Origin: an uncultured Bacteroidales bacterium
GTDB lineage: Bacteria > Bacteroidota > Bacteroidia > Bacteroidales > VadinHA17
Reading direction: 5' to 3'
Assembly: GCA_963813405.1 (NCBI GenBank)
Contig: CAWEYU010000004.1
Span: 392,769-456,768 of the forward strand
Length of the DNA stretch: 64,000 nucleotides
Shown: positions 46,306 to 55,763 of the stretch, piece after piece
Numbering within the stretch: position 1 is the first letter of the stretch
How the letters are laid out: every line of letters begins with the position of its first letter
Program-made: the position numbers and the translations under genes
Notes under the pieces: generated by a model
What the model saw: only the letters and a program-made list of their open reading frames with translations
Told to the model about the DNA's origin: nothing
Database searches by the model: none

Positions 46306-48468
46306 TCAGTTTTTTGGAAGAGGAAGGTTCATTTTCTTACAAATGGCAATGAACCTGGGATTCCCGAACAGGGTATCATAAAAATGACCCGATCTGGCAA
46401 TATATGTCATTATCGGATCATGTAATTCAAATCCCTTTTCAATCCAGTCCATGGCTTTATCAGGTTGATTCGCTATAATGTACCTAACAGCCATTTCAGA
46501 AAAACCAATGTAATTGTTTTCAGCATATTTCTCCAAATGTTTCATTATTTCTTCATATGCTTTAGCAATTCCTGATTCGCTGTAAATTCTCTCTATATCC
46601 TTAAAAGCATCTTCTTCAATTTTAATTGGGAGTGAGTATTTTACCACTCTGATTACTTTGTCGTAATCCTTACTCTTGTATGCGGCTATTTCAAGCATTC
46701 CATTAATATTGATGTCCTCTGGATTAGTGGCCAACCACTCTTCCATGAGAGACAAGCTGGTCTTGAAATCACCTGCTTGCACCAGTGTCCCTATATACAT
46801 AAGCTTAGCAACAGGATTTAACGGATCGAGGCTGATTGCAAGCTCTCTCTGCGCCAATGATTCATCGTCCCTGTCCAGGATCAATAATAACTGTGCATAC
46901 ATCAGCCTGCAGAGGGCATTGTTGGGATTAATAGCCAGAGTCTTTAAGAACTCTTTTTCACTCTTTTCCCAGTTCCATTCCACCAATTGAGCAATCACGG
47001 CATTCTGATAATGAACTTCAGCAAGATCCGGATCCAGTGCCATCGCTTTATTAAGATTCTCGGTGATTTTTGGACCGGCAACAGAAGGTTGTTCCCACCC
47101 CGCTTGCTGTATCCATATCCAGACCTCTGCCAGACCTGCATAGAGAGGTGCCCAGTCAGGATTTTTCTCAATGGCACTGTTCAGATATTCTAGGGCTTTA
47201 TTCAACGATTCCCTCATGGGGTCAGTCAAATATGAGCGGGCCTTCAGATATTCATTATATACTTCAAGATCTGCGGCCGGAACTTTTTCAATAAGCTTTC
47301 TCTCGTCAGGGGATATGACAGCTTTGAGCTCTTTAGCTATTGATTCTGCTATCCGTATTTGGATATTAAAAATATCTTCAACTCCATTGATTTTTTGCTG
47401 GAACGACTCCCCCCAGAGATGTGACTCATGCTTTGCCATGATCAGTTGTACCCTCAGGCGAAATGAACTACCATATTTCTGCCCGCTGCCTTCCACAATA
47501 TAATTCACCCCAAGTTCTCTTGCGATCTCAGGAATTGATTTTGTCTGATTCCGGTACTGTTCAACTGAAGTACGGGAAATAACCCTGAGATCTTTAACCG
47601 TCTGCAGATTGGTAAGTATCTCTTCCATGACACCATCCATGAAGTAGGTGGTTGAATCATTAGGGCTGTCGTTTACGAAAGGTAAAACAGCTATTGATTT
47701 TTCAAGCAGTTCTTTTGGTTTGATTAGTTTTGGAAAGATGAAATACCCGGCCACAATTAATACCAACAATATTAAAGCGCCAATAATGATCTTCGTTCTA
47801 AAGTTTTTCCTTAATGAAGATTTTTCTTCTTTAATTACTAATGAGATCTTTTCCCCCTCCCTGTCTGGATTTTTTAATCCTGTAATAATCTCTTTAACGG
47901 CATTGGCTACCTTGTTGATCTGATTCCGGTAATAAGTTTTATTTAGATTATTATCCGGATGATCTTCATTAGACAAGAGAGGACGGTTCACTCCGGGTTC
48001 CTTGTAAATGAATTCAATTCCTCTTAAGAATCCTCCAAGTTCACTTTCAACAAGCTTCCTGTCTTCTGCATCAAGTTCGTGTATCTGAACGGGAAGTACA
48101 CGATTTGCCACATTGCCACCGGGAAGTTTAATCTTTAAGCCAAACTGATCGTATGATGCCTGTTCAATAAATGCCTTAAACTCATGTTCCCACGCGAATG
48201 ATTTCGGATCGCAATAAGTTCGTGAGATTATTGGAATGAATAAAAGACACTTGAGTTTCACCTTAAGTGATGCATCTACATCATGTGTCTCCAATAGTCC
48301 GTCGTGTGGATTAATATCAAAGTAAACACTGATTTCCTCTTTAAAGGTAGATTCGAGTTCCGTCTTCAGAGCATCAACAAACTCACTAACCCACCTGTCG
48401 CCTTTATTGTCTTTCTGACGGTAGCTGATGAAAATGTCGTAATTATAGCCTTCTAAAATGCTTGACAT
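46306..48468 (-). CDS. TIR - TM - TolB_N-like - TPR protein (paralog 1)
   Basis: YDIFISYRQKD...FIPIISRTYCDPKSFAWEHEF (TIR-like, Glu retained); TM IIIGALILLVLIVAGYFIF; SIAVLPFVN...LRVISRTS...GVNYIVEGS; TPR helices; start aligned to its paralogs (ATG 48468). Confidence 0.8.
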   Translation of the reverse strand: MSSILEGYNYDIFISYRQKDNKGDRWVSEFVDALKTELESTFKEEISVYFDINPHDGLLETHDVDASLKVKLKCLLFIPIISRTYCDPKSFAWEHEFKAFIEQASYDQFGLKIKLPGGNVANRVLPVQIHELDAEDRKLVESELGGFLRGIEFIYKEPGVNRPLLSNEDHPDNNLNKTYYRNQINKVANAVKEIITGLKNPDREGEKISLVIKEEKSSLRKNFRTKIIIGALILLVLIVAGYFIFPKLIKPKELLEKSIAVLPFVNDSPNDSTTYFMDGVMEEILTNLQTVKDLRVISRTSVEQYRNQTKSIPEIARELGVNYIVEGSGQKYGSSFRLRVQLIMAKHESHLWGESFQQKINGVEDIFNIQIRIAESIAKELKAVISPDERKLIEKVPAADLEVYNEYLKARSYLTDPMRESLNKALEYLNSAIEKNPDWAPLYAGLAEVWIWIQQAGWEQPSVAGPKITENLNKAMALDPDLAEVHYQNAVIAQLVEWNWEKSEKEFLKTLAINPNNALCRLMYAQLLLILDRDDESLAQRELAISLDPLNPVAKLMYIGTLVQAGDFKTSLSLMEEWLATNPEDININGMLEIAAYKSKDYDKVIRVVKYSLPIKIEEDAFKDIERIYSESGIAKAYEEIMKHLEKYAENNYIGFSEMAVRYIIANQPDKAMDWIEKGFELHDPIMTYIARSGHFYDTLFGNPRFIAICKKMNLPLPKN

Positions 48469-48513
48469 CAAAGGTCTATTTAATTCATAATCAAAATCAT
48501 AATCTTGGTCCAA

Positions 48514-50679
48514 TCAGTTTTTTGGAAGAGGAAGGTTCATTTTCTTAATAATGTCAATGAACCTTGGATTGCTGAATAAAGGATCAAAGGAACACATCCT
48601 GGTCGTTATATAAGGCATCCCTGGATCGTGTATTTCATATCCCTTTTCAATCCAGTCCATGGCTTTATCAGGTTTATTCGCCATAATGTATCTTCCTGCC
48701 ATTTCTACAGGAGAATAGGGATTATTTTCATCGATTTTCTCCAAATGGATCATTATTTTCTCAAATGCTTTGATAAAACCCTCTTCGTTGAAAATCCTTT
48801 CAATTGCTTTAATATCATCTTCTTTAACGCTAAATATGGAGAGGATATAGCTATAAGCTTTAATTACTTTATTGTATTCTTTACATTGAAAAGCTGCAGA
48901 TAAAATACAATTATTTGCAATAAAGTTCCGCGGATCATCAGCCAATACCTTTTCCATCTGAATCAGAGCATTTTGACAATCACCGAGACATAATAACGCT
49001 GCTGCATATTGTACCTGTAACAAAGGATTCTTTGGATCGAGGTCGATCGCCATGTTGGCCTGCATTAGTGCTTCACCAGGCCGCTGCAGGCTGCTTAATA
49101 ACTGTGCATATATTACCCTTGCGAAGGCATTATTCGGATTAATGGCCAGGGCTTTCAATAACTCCTTTTCACTCTTTTCCCAGTCCCACTCTTGCAAGAA
49201 AGCCATCTCTCCGCTCATAAACCTGGAATCAGAATTATCCGGATCCAGTTCAAGTGCTTTATTCAGGTTTTCAAAGATCTTCGGTCCGGCAACTTGCGGT
49301 GTTTCAAAACCCATTTGAGCGATTGATGCCCAGACCATAGTCAGTCCCGTATAGAGAGGCGCCCAGCCAGGGTCCTTTTCCACAGCATGGTTCAAATATC
49401 CCAAAGCTTTCATCAACGATTCCTTGTCAAGATCCTCCAGAAAGTAAAGACCTTTGAGGTAATTGTCGTAGGTTTCAAAATCAATTGTATGTATTTTCTC
49501 GATAAGTTTTTTCTCATCAGGAGACATAACTGCGCTTAATTCATTAGCAATTGCCTCGGCAAAACCTGACTGGGCTTTAAAATATTCTCTCATGTCAAGG
49601 TTTTCCTGTTCAAACGAGTTCCCCCAAAGATGTCTTTCATTCCTGGCTGCTATTAACTGAACCCTCATCCGTAATGAATTGCCTGATTTCTGGCCGCTCC
49701 CTTCTACAATATAGTTTACGCCTAACTCCTTTGCTATCTCTGAAATTGATTTATCCTGCCCACGAAATTGCTCTGCCGAGGTTCGCCCGAGAACTCGCAA
49801 AGATTTTACAGATTGAAGTTTATTCAGAAGCTCTTCCATTACACCATCCATAAAGTATTGAGTAGAATCCTCCGGGCTATCATTCCTGAAGGGTAGAACA
49901 GCAATAGATTTTTCGATTTCTTTTTTTAAGAAGTTTGTTTTTACTATGACAAAGACGACAGCCAGTACAATTATCAGAGAGAGGGAATATATCAGAACCT
50001 TTTTTGTTTTATTACGGGTTTTTTCTTCAGGAAGTGTTAGTTTAATAACTTCCTTTGGCTCGCTTTCAAATTCCAATGGTTCTCCTTTCAATCCGCTGAT
50101 ATTCTCTTTTATCGCATTGGCAACCTTATTAATCTGATCCCGGTAGAAGGTTTTGTATTGGTTTTTTTCAGGATAATCAGATGGAGTTAATGGTCTGTTT
50201 ACTCCTGCTGACTTATAAATAAAGTCAATACCACGAACTACTCCTCCTAAAACAGATTCACATAGTTTGATGTCAGTGTTCTCTAAATCGTAGATCCTTA
50301 TTGGAAGTACTCTGTTGGCAACATTTCCATTAGGAAGTCTTATTTTCAACCCAAATTGATCATTTGAAGCTTGTTCAACAAATGCTTTAAACTCATTTTC
50401 CCAGGCAAAGGATTTTGGATCACAATAGGTGCGAGAAATGATGGGGATAAAGATAAGGCACTTCAGTTTATCCTTGATTGAGGCATCAACATCATGAGTC
50501 TCAAGAAGCCCATCGTGCGGATTGATGTCAAAATAAACGCTTATTTCTTCTTTGAATGTCGCCTCCAGCTCCTTCTTCAGGTTGTCAACAAATTCTGTTA
50601 CCCAACCGTCATATTTATTGTCTTTCTGACGGTAGCTGATGAAGATATCATATTCGTAACCAGGAATGAGGCTTGACAT
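48514..50679 (-). CDS. TIR - TM - TolB_N-like - TPR protein (paralog 2)
   Basis: Same architecture; SFAWENEF; TM VLIYSLSLIIVLAVVFVIV; ends KKMNLPLPKN like paralog 1. Confidence 0.8.
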   Translation of the reverse strand: MSSLIPGYEYDIFISYRQKDNKYDGWVTEFVDNLKKELEATFKEEISVYFDINPHDGLLETHDVDASIKDKLKCLIFIPIISRTYCDPKSFAWENEFKAFVEQASNDQFGLKIRLPNGNVANRVLPIRIYDLENTDIKLCESVLGGVVRGIDFIYKSAGVNRPLTPSDYPEKNQYKTFYRDQINKVANAIKENISGLKGEPLEFESEPKEVIKLTLPEEKTRNKTKKVLIYSLSLIIVLAVVFVIVKTNFLKKEIEKSIAVLPFRNDSPEDSTQYFMDGVMEELLNKLQSVKSLRVLGRTSAEQFRGQDKSISEIAKELGVNYIVEGSGQKSGNSLRMRVQLIAARNERHLWGNSFEQENLDMREYFKAQSGFAEAIANELSAVMSPDEKKLIEKIHTIDFETYDNYLKGLYFLEDLDKESLMKALGYLNHAVEKDPGWAPLYTGLTMVWASIAQMGFETPQVAGPKIFENLNKALELDPDNSDSRFMSGEMAFLQEWDWEKSEKELLKALAINPNNAFARVIYAQLLSSLQRPGEALMQANMAIDLDPKNPLLQVQYAAALLCLGDCQNALIQMEKVLADDPRNFIANNCILSAAFQCKEYNKVIKAYSYILSIFSVKEDDIKAIERIFNEEGFIKAFEKIMIHLEKIDENNPYSPVEMAGRYIMANKPDKAMDWIEKGYEIHDPGMPYITTRMCSFDPLFSNPRFIDIIKKMNLPLPKN

Positions 50680-50799
50680 TTGAAATGTTTGTCAGATAAA
50701 GTTATGAAAGAGAAAGTTACTATTCAAATATAATAAGTAAGTGATTCATTTTTTGGAATATTGATAATTATCTTCTTTATCATCAAAAGTTACTTTCTC

Positions 50800-50841
50800 T
50801 GGTTGCAACTTTTGTCCGTTTGGGGTCCCGAACGGGACAAA
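50800..50841. repeat. GGTTGCAACTTT motif followed by an imperfect hairpin
   Basis: TGGTTGCAAC then TTTGTCCGTTTGGG-GT-CCCGAACGGGACAAA; GT and GGGG at the same spacing as in the larger repeats. Confidence 0.6.
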
Positions 50842-50920
50842 CTGTTTGCTTCCCTAAAATCCAGTTCAATAAAAATTACAATTTCGAAAACCGCTTTTTA
50901 TCATAAAAAAGTCTTTCATC

Positions 50921-51087
50921 TGGTTGCAACTTTCAGCGGTCAGGGGAGCAGAAAAAAGAGTGAGAGCGAGAGCGAGTATTCTCACTTCTTTTTTTGACTC
51001 ACTGCGTTCGTCGAGCTCACCCCGATAAATCGGGGTTCGGTTCTCGAGACTCACTCCCACACTCACTCTATTGGGGTGGTTGCAACT
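50921..51087 (+). repeat. Conserved intergenic element, copy A (att-like head plus long imperfect hairpin)
   Basis: TGGTTGCAACTTTCAGCGGTCAGGGGAGCAGAAAAAAGAGTGAGAGCGAGAG...inner ACCCCGATAAATCGGGGT...ACTCACTCCCACACTCACTC...TGGTTGCAACT. Confidence 0.8.
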
Positions 51088-51108
51088 ATTAATTTGCCTT
51101 TGTTTCAA

Positions 51109-51135
51109 TAAAAAAGGCCCCGCGATGGAGCCTCT
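51109..51135 (-). terminator. Probable intrinsic terminator of the Gly-rich protein gene
   Basis: Minus strand AGGCTCC-ATCGC-GGGGCCT followed by a T-run. Confidence 0.55.
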
Positions 51136-51164
51136 TGTATCAAAGTATTATTAAGGTCTAAAGA

Positions 51165-51734
51165 TTACTTCTTGTCATAAACCCTTTTGGTGGTAGTTGG
51201 ATCTCCCCCATTAAATCCAGGTCTGGTTGAAGTAATAGTAAGAGTACTGGCGTCAGCAAGTGTCCAGACCTCAGTAATTTTCATTGTCTGATCATTAAAG
51301 GTCCTGGTTGTGACAATCGTTAGAGATTTGCCATCTGCTGAATATGTAGCAACTGATGGCACCTTCATTGGGTCTCCCCCGCCGAAACCAGGAGTAGTGT
51401 TTATACTTTCCTTCCCGTCAAGAGTATATTTCATAGTTGTGGTCACTGGTGTGCCGTCCTGTCCGGTTCTTGTTGTTGCAACAGTAAGAAGGTTGGCTTC
51501 CTGCGTGGCAACAATATTGCCCCCGCCAAAACCTCCACGTCCGCCACCGCCGCCGCCACCACCGGCAGGGGGTTGAGTGCTTTTTGAAGCATTATAGGTC
51601 CAGTTACCGGCGAAATTAGCTTTCCCCTGTGCATTTGTCATTGCAGGCAATAAGAATGCCAGGATAACAGTTAAGGATAATATCCGCAGAATGCCTGTGC
51701 GGGTAAAACCAAAATTTTTTACATTTTTTTCCAT
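51165..51734 (-). CDS. Secreted hypothetical protein with poly-Gly linker (beta-rich, possibly lipocalin-like)
   Basis: Signal peptide ending TNA-Q, NFAGNWTYNASKS, GGGGGGGGRGGFGGG, YTLDGKES; TATCTTTG box on the minus strand at 51777-51784. Confidence 0.7.
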   Translation of the reverse strand: MEKNVKNFGFTRTGILRILSLTVILAFLLPAMTNAQGKANFAGNWTYNASKSTQPPAGGGGGGGGRGGFGGGNIVATQEANLLTVATTRTGQDGTPVTTTMKYTLDGKESINTTPGFGGGDPMKVPSVATYSADGKSLTIVTTRTFNDQTMKITEVWTLADASTLTITSTRPGFNGGDPTTTKRVYDKK

Positions 51735-52082
51735 AATCAATTAATTTAACTTGTTGCTTTTATAAAGAGCGTTTATCAAAGATATTTATTCTATTTCAAA
51801 TTTGGACTCTAGTAAGCCAAAAATATAATAATAGTTCTAAAGTGTTAATTGTAGACCCCACTATCAATCACTGGCGCTGAAAGCGGATGAATCTAAGCCA
51901 CTATCATATTATTGTATAGAAGTGGATGAAGGTTCGCTTGTTCAGGTAGCAAGTGAGGATGGTAACATTTTCGACATGAAGCCACAGTGATGAAGGCAAC
52001 ATCAAATTTTCTTCCTGGTTTTAAACAAGTTAGATTAAATCGAGAGATTTTTGTTCACCTATTCAGCGAAATTTGAAAAAAC

Positions 52083-52180
52083 CAGTTGCAACTTTCAGAA
52101 GTCAGGGGAGCAGAAAAAAGAGTGAGAGTGAGAGCCTGCCTGCCAGCAGGCAGGCGAGAGCGAGCACTCTTACACTCAAC
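52083..52180 (+). repeat. Conserved intergenic element, copy B
   Basis: CAGTTGCAACTTTCAGAAGTCAGGGGAGCAGAAAAAAGAGTGAGAGTGAGAG with inner perfect hairpin GCCTGCCTGC-CA-GCAGGCAGGC (52134-52155). Confidence 0.8.
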
Positions 52181-52233
52181 GCATCAGCTCGCGGGATTCC
52201 ATTACTACAACAATAGGTATTGTTCCATTTTGG

Positions 52234-53493
52234 TTATGCCGCAGGGATATAAATATCAAACTGTGCACCTCTATTTAATTCACTTGTTGCGATGATGATA
52301 CCGTTGTGGTTTTCTACTATTTTTTTTACTATGGCAAGCCCGATCCCCGTTCCTCCGTATAAGTCTTTGCTGTGAAGTTTTTGGAAAACTTCAAAAATAC
52401 GTTCACTAAAATGGGATTCAAAGCCTATGCCGTTGTCTTTGACAGTGATATGGCAATAATTTTTTTCGGATGAAAGCTTTTCGATATTCAAATTTATGCC
52501 CTTTACAATCCTGCTCTTTATTGTAATATGTGATGGTATATCAGGATTTGAAAATTTGAGTGCGTTGCTTATCAGGTTATACATGAGCTGGCGAAACTGA
52601 AAAGTGATGATATTGGCAGAACATAGTTCGGTAGCTTCAATTGTTGCATTCTTTTCCTGAATAGTATCTTTCAGTTCGGTTTTTACTTCTTCAATAATTA
52701 TATTTAGCTCTGTTTTTTCAAACTTATGATCGGTAGTGTTGATGCGGGAGAAGGCAAGTAAATCGTCGATGAGTTGCTGCATTCTTTTTGCTGCTAATTG
52801 CATTCGCTGGAAACTATATTTGCCGTTATCAGATAGATTTTTATCTTCATTTTCAAGTATGATCGATACGAAGGTTTGAATTTTTCGTAATGGCTCCTGC
52901 AAATCGTGACTTGATATATAAGTAAATGCCAATAACTCTTTATTAGCAATGCTTAACTCTGCTGCCCGCTTTTCTTTCTCTTCGTTTTGAAAGGCAAGTT
53001 CTTTATTTGCAATGATTAACTCTGCTGCCCGCTTTTCTTTCTCATCATTTTGAAAGACAAGCTCTTTGTTTGCGATGATTAACTCTGCTGCCCGCTTTTC
53101 TTTCTCATCATTTTGAAAGACAAGTTCTTTGTTTGCGATGATTAGCTCTGCTGCCCGCTTTTCTTTCTCATCATTTTGAAAGACAAGTTCTTTGTTTGCA
53201 ATGATTAGCTCTGCTGCCCGCTTTTCTTTCTCATGATTTTGAAAGACAAGTTCTTTGTTTGCAATGATTAACTCTGCTGCCCGCTTTTCTTTCTCATCGA
53301 CTTGAAAGACAAGTTCTTTGTTGGCAATGCCTAATTCTGCGGCCCGTTTTCCTTTCTCTTCTTTTTGAAACGCAAGTTCTTTGTTAACACTGATTAATTT
53401 TGCTAACAGTTTTTCATTCTCTTCTTTTTGAAGGGCAATTTCTTTGTGAGCAATAATTATCTCATCCTCATCTGATTCTTTTCTTTTAGTCAT
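52234..53493 (-). CDS. Cytoplasmic histidine kinase with N-terminal 21-aa coiled-coil repeats
   Basis: SHDLQEPLRKI H-box, NLISNALKF, VKDNGIGF, IFEVFQKLH, GTGIGLAIVKK; no TM or PAS recognised. Confidence 0.92.
   Translation of the reverse strand: MTKRKESDEDEIIIAHKEIALQKEENEKLLAKLISVNKELAFQKEEKGKRAAELGIANKELVFQVDEKEKRAAELIIANKELVFQNHEKEKRAAELIIANKELVFQNDEKEKRAAELIIANKELVFQNDEKEKRAAELIIANKELVFQNDEKEKRAAELIIANKELAFQNEEKEKRAAELSIANKELLAFTYISSHDLQEPLRKIQTFVSIILENEDKNLSDNGKYSFQRMQLAAKRMQQLIDDLLAFSRINTTDHKFEKTELNIIIEEVKTELKDTIQEKNATIEATELCSANIITFQFRQLMYNLISNALKFSNPDIPSHITIKSRIVKGINLNIEKLSSEKNYCHITVKDNGIGFESHFSERIFEVFQKLHSKDLYGGTGIGLAIVKKIVENHNGIIIATSELNRGAQFDIYIPAA
52935..53430. repeat. 63-bp (21-aa, EKEKRAAELIIANKELVFQND) tandem repeat, 7 clear units plus degenerate ones
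   Basis: RAAEL codons at exact 63-bp spacing between 52957 and 53346; outer boundaries approximate. Confidence 0.92.
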
Positions 53494-53623
53494 ATTTTTT
53501 CCCGATAATGTAGTTTTGTTTTAAAATTGAGGTTTAAAGGGAATTTTGGAATTGCTGTAAATATTTCTTCAGCTTAATTACTTTTTTATCCTGTCAGAGG
53601 CGTGACTAAATAATTACAATGTT

Positions 53624-54070
53624 TCACACAGTGATGACAAACTTTTCTCTTGTCGGTTGTGAAATAGTATCTTGCACTATAGCTACCAGCGATTGTTGAA
53701 TTATTATTTTGAATTGTGAAAAGTCTGAAGGCTTGCGAATGAAATATTGCGCACCGTTTTTGTACAGTAGGTTAACAACTTCCTTTTCAAAGGAGGTTGA
53801 TAAGATGATCACGGGAAGTTCTTTCAGCATTTCATTTTTTTTTATCTCAGATAAACATTCGAAACCGTTTTTTCGGGGCATATTAAGATCGAGGAAAAGG
53901 ATATGAGGAAGTTCGTTTGTTTCATTATTCAGTAGTTGCATGAGTTGTTCTCCATCATAAACGGTCGTAAGTTTGGTGGATAACAGCAATTCCCCCAGTG
54001 CTTCTTTGAAAAAAATGCAATCGTCAATATCGTCATCTGCAAGTAATATATTCAAGTGTTTTAAATTCAT
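53624..54070 (-). CDS. Single-domain response regulator
   Basis: ILLADDD, LFLDLNMPRKNG, ILSTS, FIRKP. Confidence 0.92.
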   Translation of the reverse strand: MNLKHLNILLADDDIDDCIFFKEALGELLLSTKLTTVYDGEQLMQLLNNETNELPHILFLDLNMPRKNGFECLSEIKKNEMLKELPVIILSTSFEKEVVNLLYKNGAQYFIRKPSDFSQFKIIIQQSLVAIVQDTISQPTREKFVITV

Positions 54071-54510
54071 GCGTTAAGGATATATTTTAGCGGGCTGTTT
54101 GAAAATATTTTTTCAGTAGCTATAGGAAGCGCATGATAAATAACCTGTTTGAGTTGCTCAAAATCACCTGGCTTATGAATATAAACATTAGCACCGATCT
54201 TGAAGACAATGCCTATCATGTCTTTCGAGTTTGATGTTGAAAGCAAAACCAGAGTAAGGTCTTTCAGATTTATATTTTGTTTTATCTCTGATAAACATTC
54301 TATGCCGTTCTTGCGGGGCATGCTAATATCCAGAAAAAGAATATCAGGAAGATTTTTGGTATTCTCGAGAAGGTAATTCATGAGTTGTTCTCCGTCATGA
54401 ACAATTGTAAGATGAGTTACAACTAGCAATTCTTCCAATGCCTTTTTAAAAAAAAGGCAATCGTCAATATCATCATCTGCCAGCAATATATTCAGTTGTT
54501 TTAAATTCAT
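54067..54510 (-). CDS. Single-domain response regulator
   Basis: ILLADDD, LFLDISMPRKNG, LLSTS, YIHKP. Confidence 0.92.
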   Translation of the reverse strand: MNLKQLNILLADDDIDDCLFFKKALEELLVVTHLTIVHDGEQLMNYLLENTKNLPDILFLDISMPRKNGIECLSEIKQNINLKDLTLVLLSTSNSKDMIGIVFKIGANVYIHKPGDFEQLKQVIYHALPIATEKIFSNSPLKYILNA

Positions 54511-54568
54511 GCATTTAAGGTATTGCGTAATTGATTGTTTTTAAATCATTCTTGCCGTTTTGTATATG

Positions 54569-55024
54569 TTAATCATAAATTTTCCCTTTGGCCATCAAGT
54601 GAATATTTTTCCCCACCAAGATAATCGTATTGTGAATGACCTGTTTGAGTTGTGCAAAATCCTCAGACTTACGAATGTAATCATACGCACCAGTATTCAG
54701 GAGTATCTTTATAATTTTCTCTTCATAATTCTTGTCCTGTGGGAAAGAGGTTGAAAACATGATCACAAGCAGATCTTTCAACTTTTTATTTTCTTTTATC
54801 TCTGTTAAACATTCGAAACCGTTTTTCCGGGGCATGCTAAGATCGAGAAAAAGAACATCAGGAAGATTTTTGGAATTCTTGAAAAGGTAAGTCATAAGTT
54901 GTTCTCCGTCATGAACAACTGTAAGATGAGTTGGAATGGGTATTCCCTTTAATGCTTTATCAAAGAAAGAACAGTCGTCAGTATCGTCATCTGCAAGCAG
55001 TATATTCAATTGATTTAATTTCAT
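54569..55024 (-). CDS. Single-domain response regulator
   Basis: ILLADDD, LFLDLSMPRKNG, MFSTS, YIRKS. Confidence 0.9.
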   Translation of the reverse strand: MKLNQLNILLADDDTDDCSFFDKALKGIPIPTHLTVVHDGEQLMTYLFKNSKNLPDVLFLDLSMPRKNGFECLTEIKENKKLKDLLVIMFSTSFPQDKNYEEKIIKILLNTGAYDYIRKSEDFAQLKQVIHNTIILVGKNIHLMAKGKIYD

Positions 55025-55510
55025 TTTTTAAATTTTCAAATATTTTTGACAATTAGTAATTAATGGCACTTTGAAGCCTGATTTTTAAACTTGCCGTGTC
55101 ACGAAAATGGACAGATTTTATATTGGACTATCCGTTTTCAGATAAATGGGATTTGTAATCGATAAAAAACTAGCTTTCGCACTGCAAGAAATGCATCTTT
55201 TAATAAAAAAGTGTTACACAATTGTACCCATAACTTACATAATTCACATATTTAGTTCATCTCTGGTCTGTCGGTTTGATTCATGATTTCATTCACGCGG
55301 GTAAGATGTTGATTGCAAAAGCTGTATACCCTGACCACATGCAGCCGCGAATTTTAATACTAAGATATATTACAATATTACTATTTAGAACCTGTTATTT
55401 ATGGTCAAGATTCCCCTGACAAATGTGTTCAAAGTGCCTGGCTTTTATAGTGGTAAATGATTCTTGCTATCTCATTTATAACCTGTATTAATTATCGGAA
55501 GTTTTGTAAC

Positions 55511-55652
55511 TGGTTGCATCTTTCAGTAGTCTGGGGAGCTGAAAAAAGTGTGAGAGTGAGAGTGAGTGTGAAAACACGAACGAACAACTCACTCTTTTTT
55601 CCTCGCTTCGTCCTTCGTAGCTTTAGCGGAGAAGGACTCTCACTCTCACACT
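55511..55652 (+). repeat. Conserved intergenic element, copy C
   Basis: TGGTTGCATCTTTCAGTAGTCTGGGGAGCTGAAAAAAGTGTGAGAGTGAGAG...inner GTCCTTC-GTAGCTTTAGCGGA-GAAGGAC...CTCTCACTCTCACACT; CTGGGGAGC is identical to tRNA-Asn 45993-46001. Confidence 0.8.
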
Positions 55653-55763
55653 ATTTTTATCAAAGGGTTCTGCAGTCTGATAGTCTGAGAGTCAGCAGGG
55701 AAATTGAAATAAATTTGAATTGTATCCTGCACTTTACTAACTTTATCACAATGAACAGCTAAT

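Noticed and set aside
51840-52080. Possible gene remnant (LALKADESKPLSYYCIEVDEG...)
   Set aside because: About 40 codons, no clear start and no recognisable family
50921-55652. Canonical integron attC sites
   Set aside because: GTTGCAAC does not fit RYYYAAC/GTTRRRY beyond the AAC/GTT triplets, the sites do not follow each co-oriented ORF, and there is no intI; kept only as an analogy
50761-55762. Short ORFs 50761-50997, 50866-51108, 52086-52295 and 55457-55762, some with similar peptides (e.g. GAEK.VRVR)
   Set aside because: They are translations of the non-coding repeat, in differing frames and extents, with no shared start or stop
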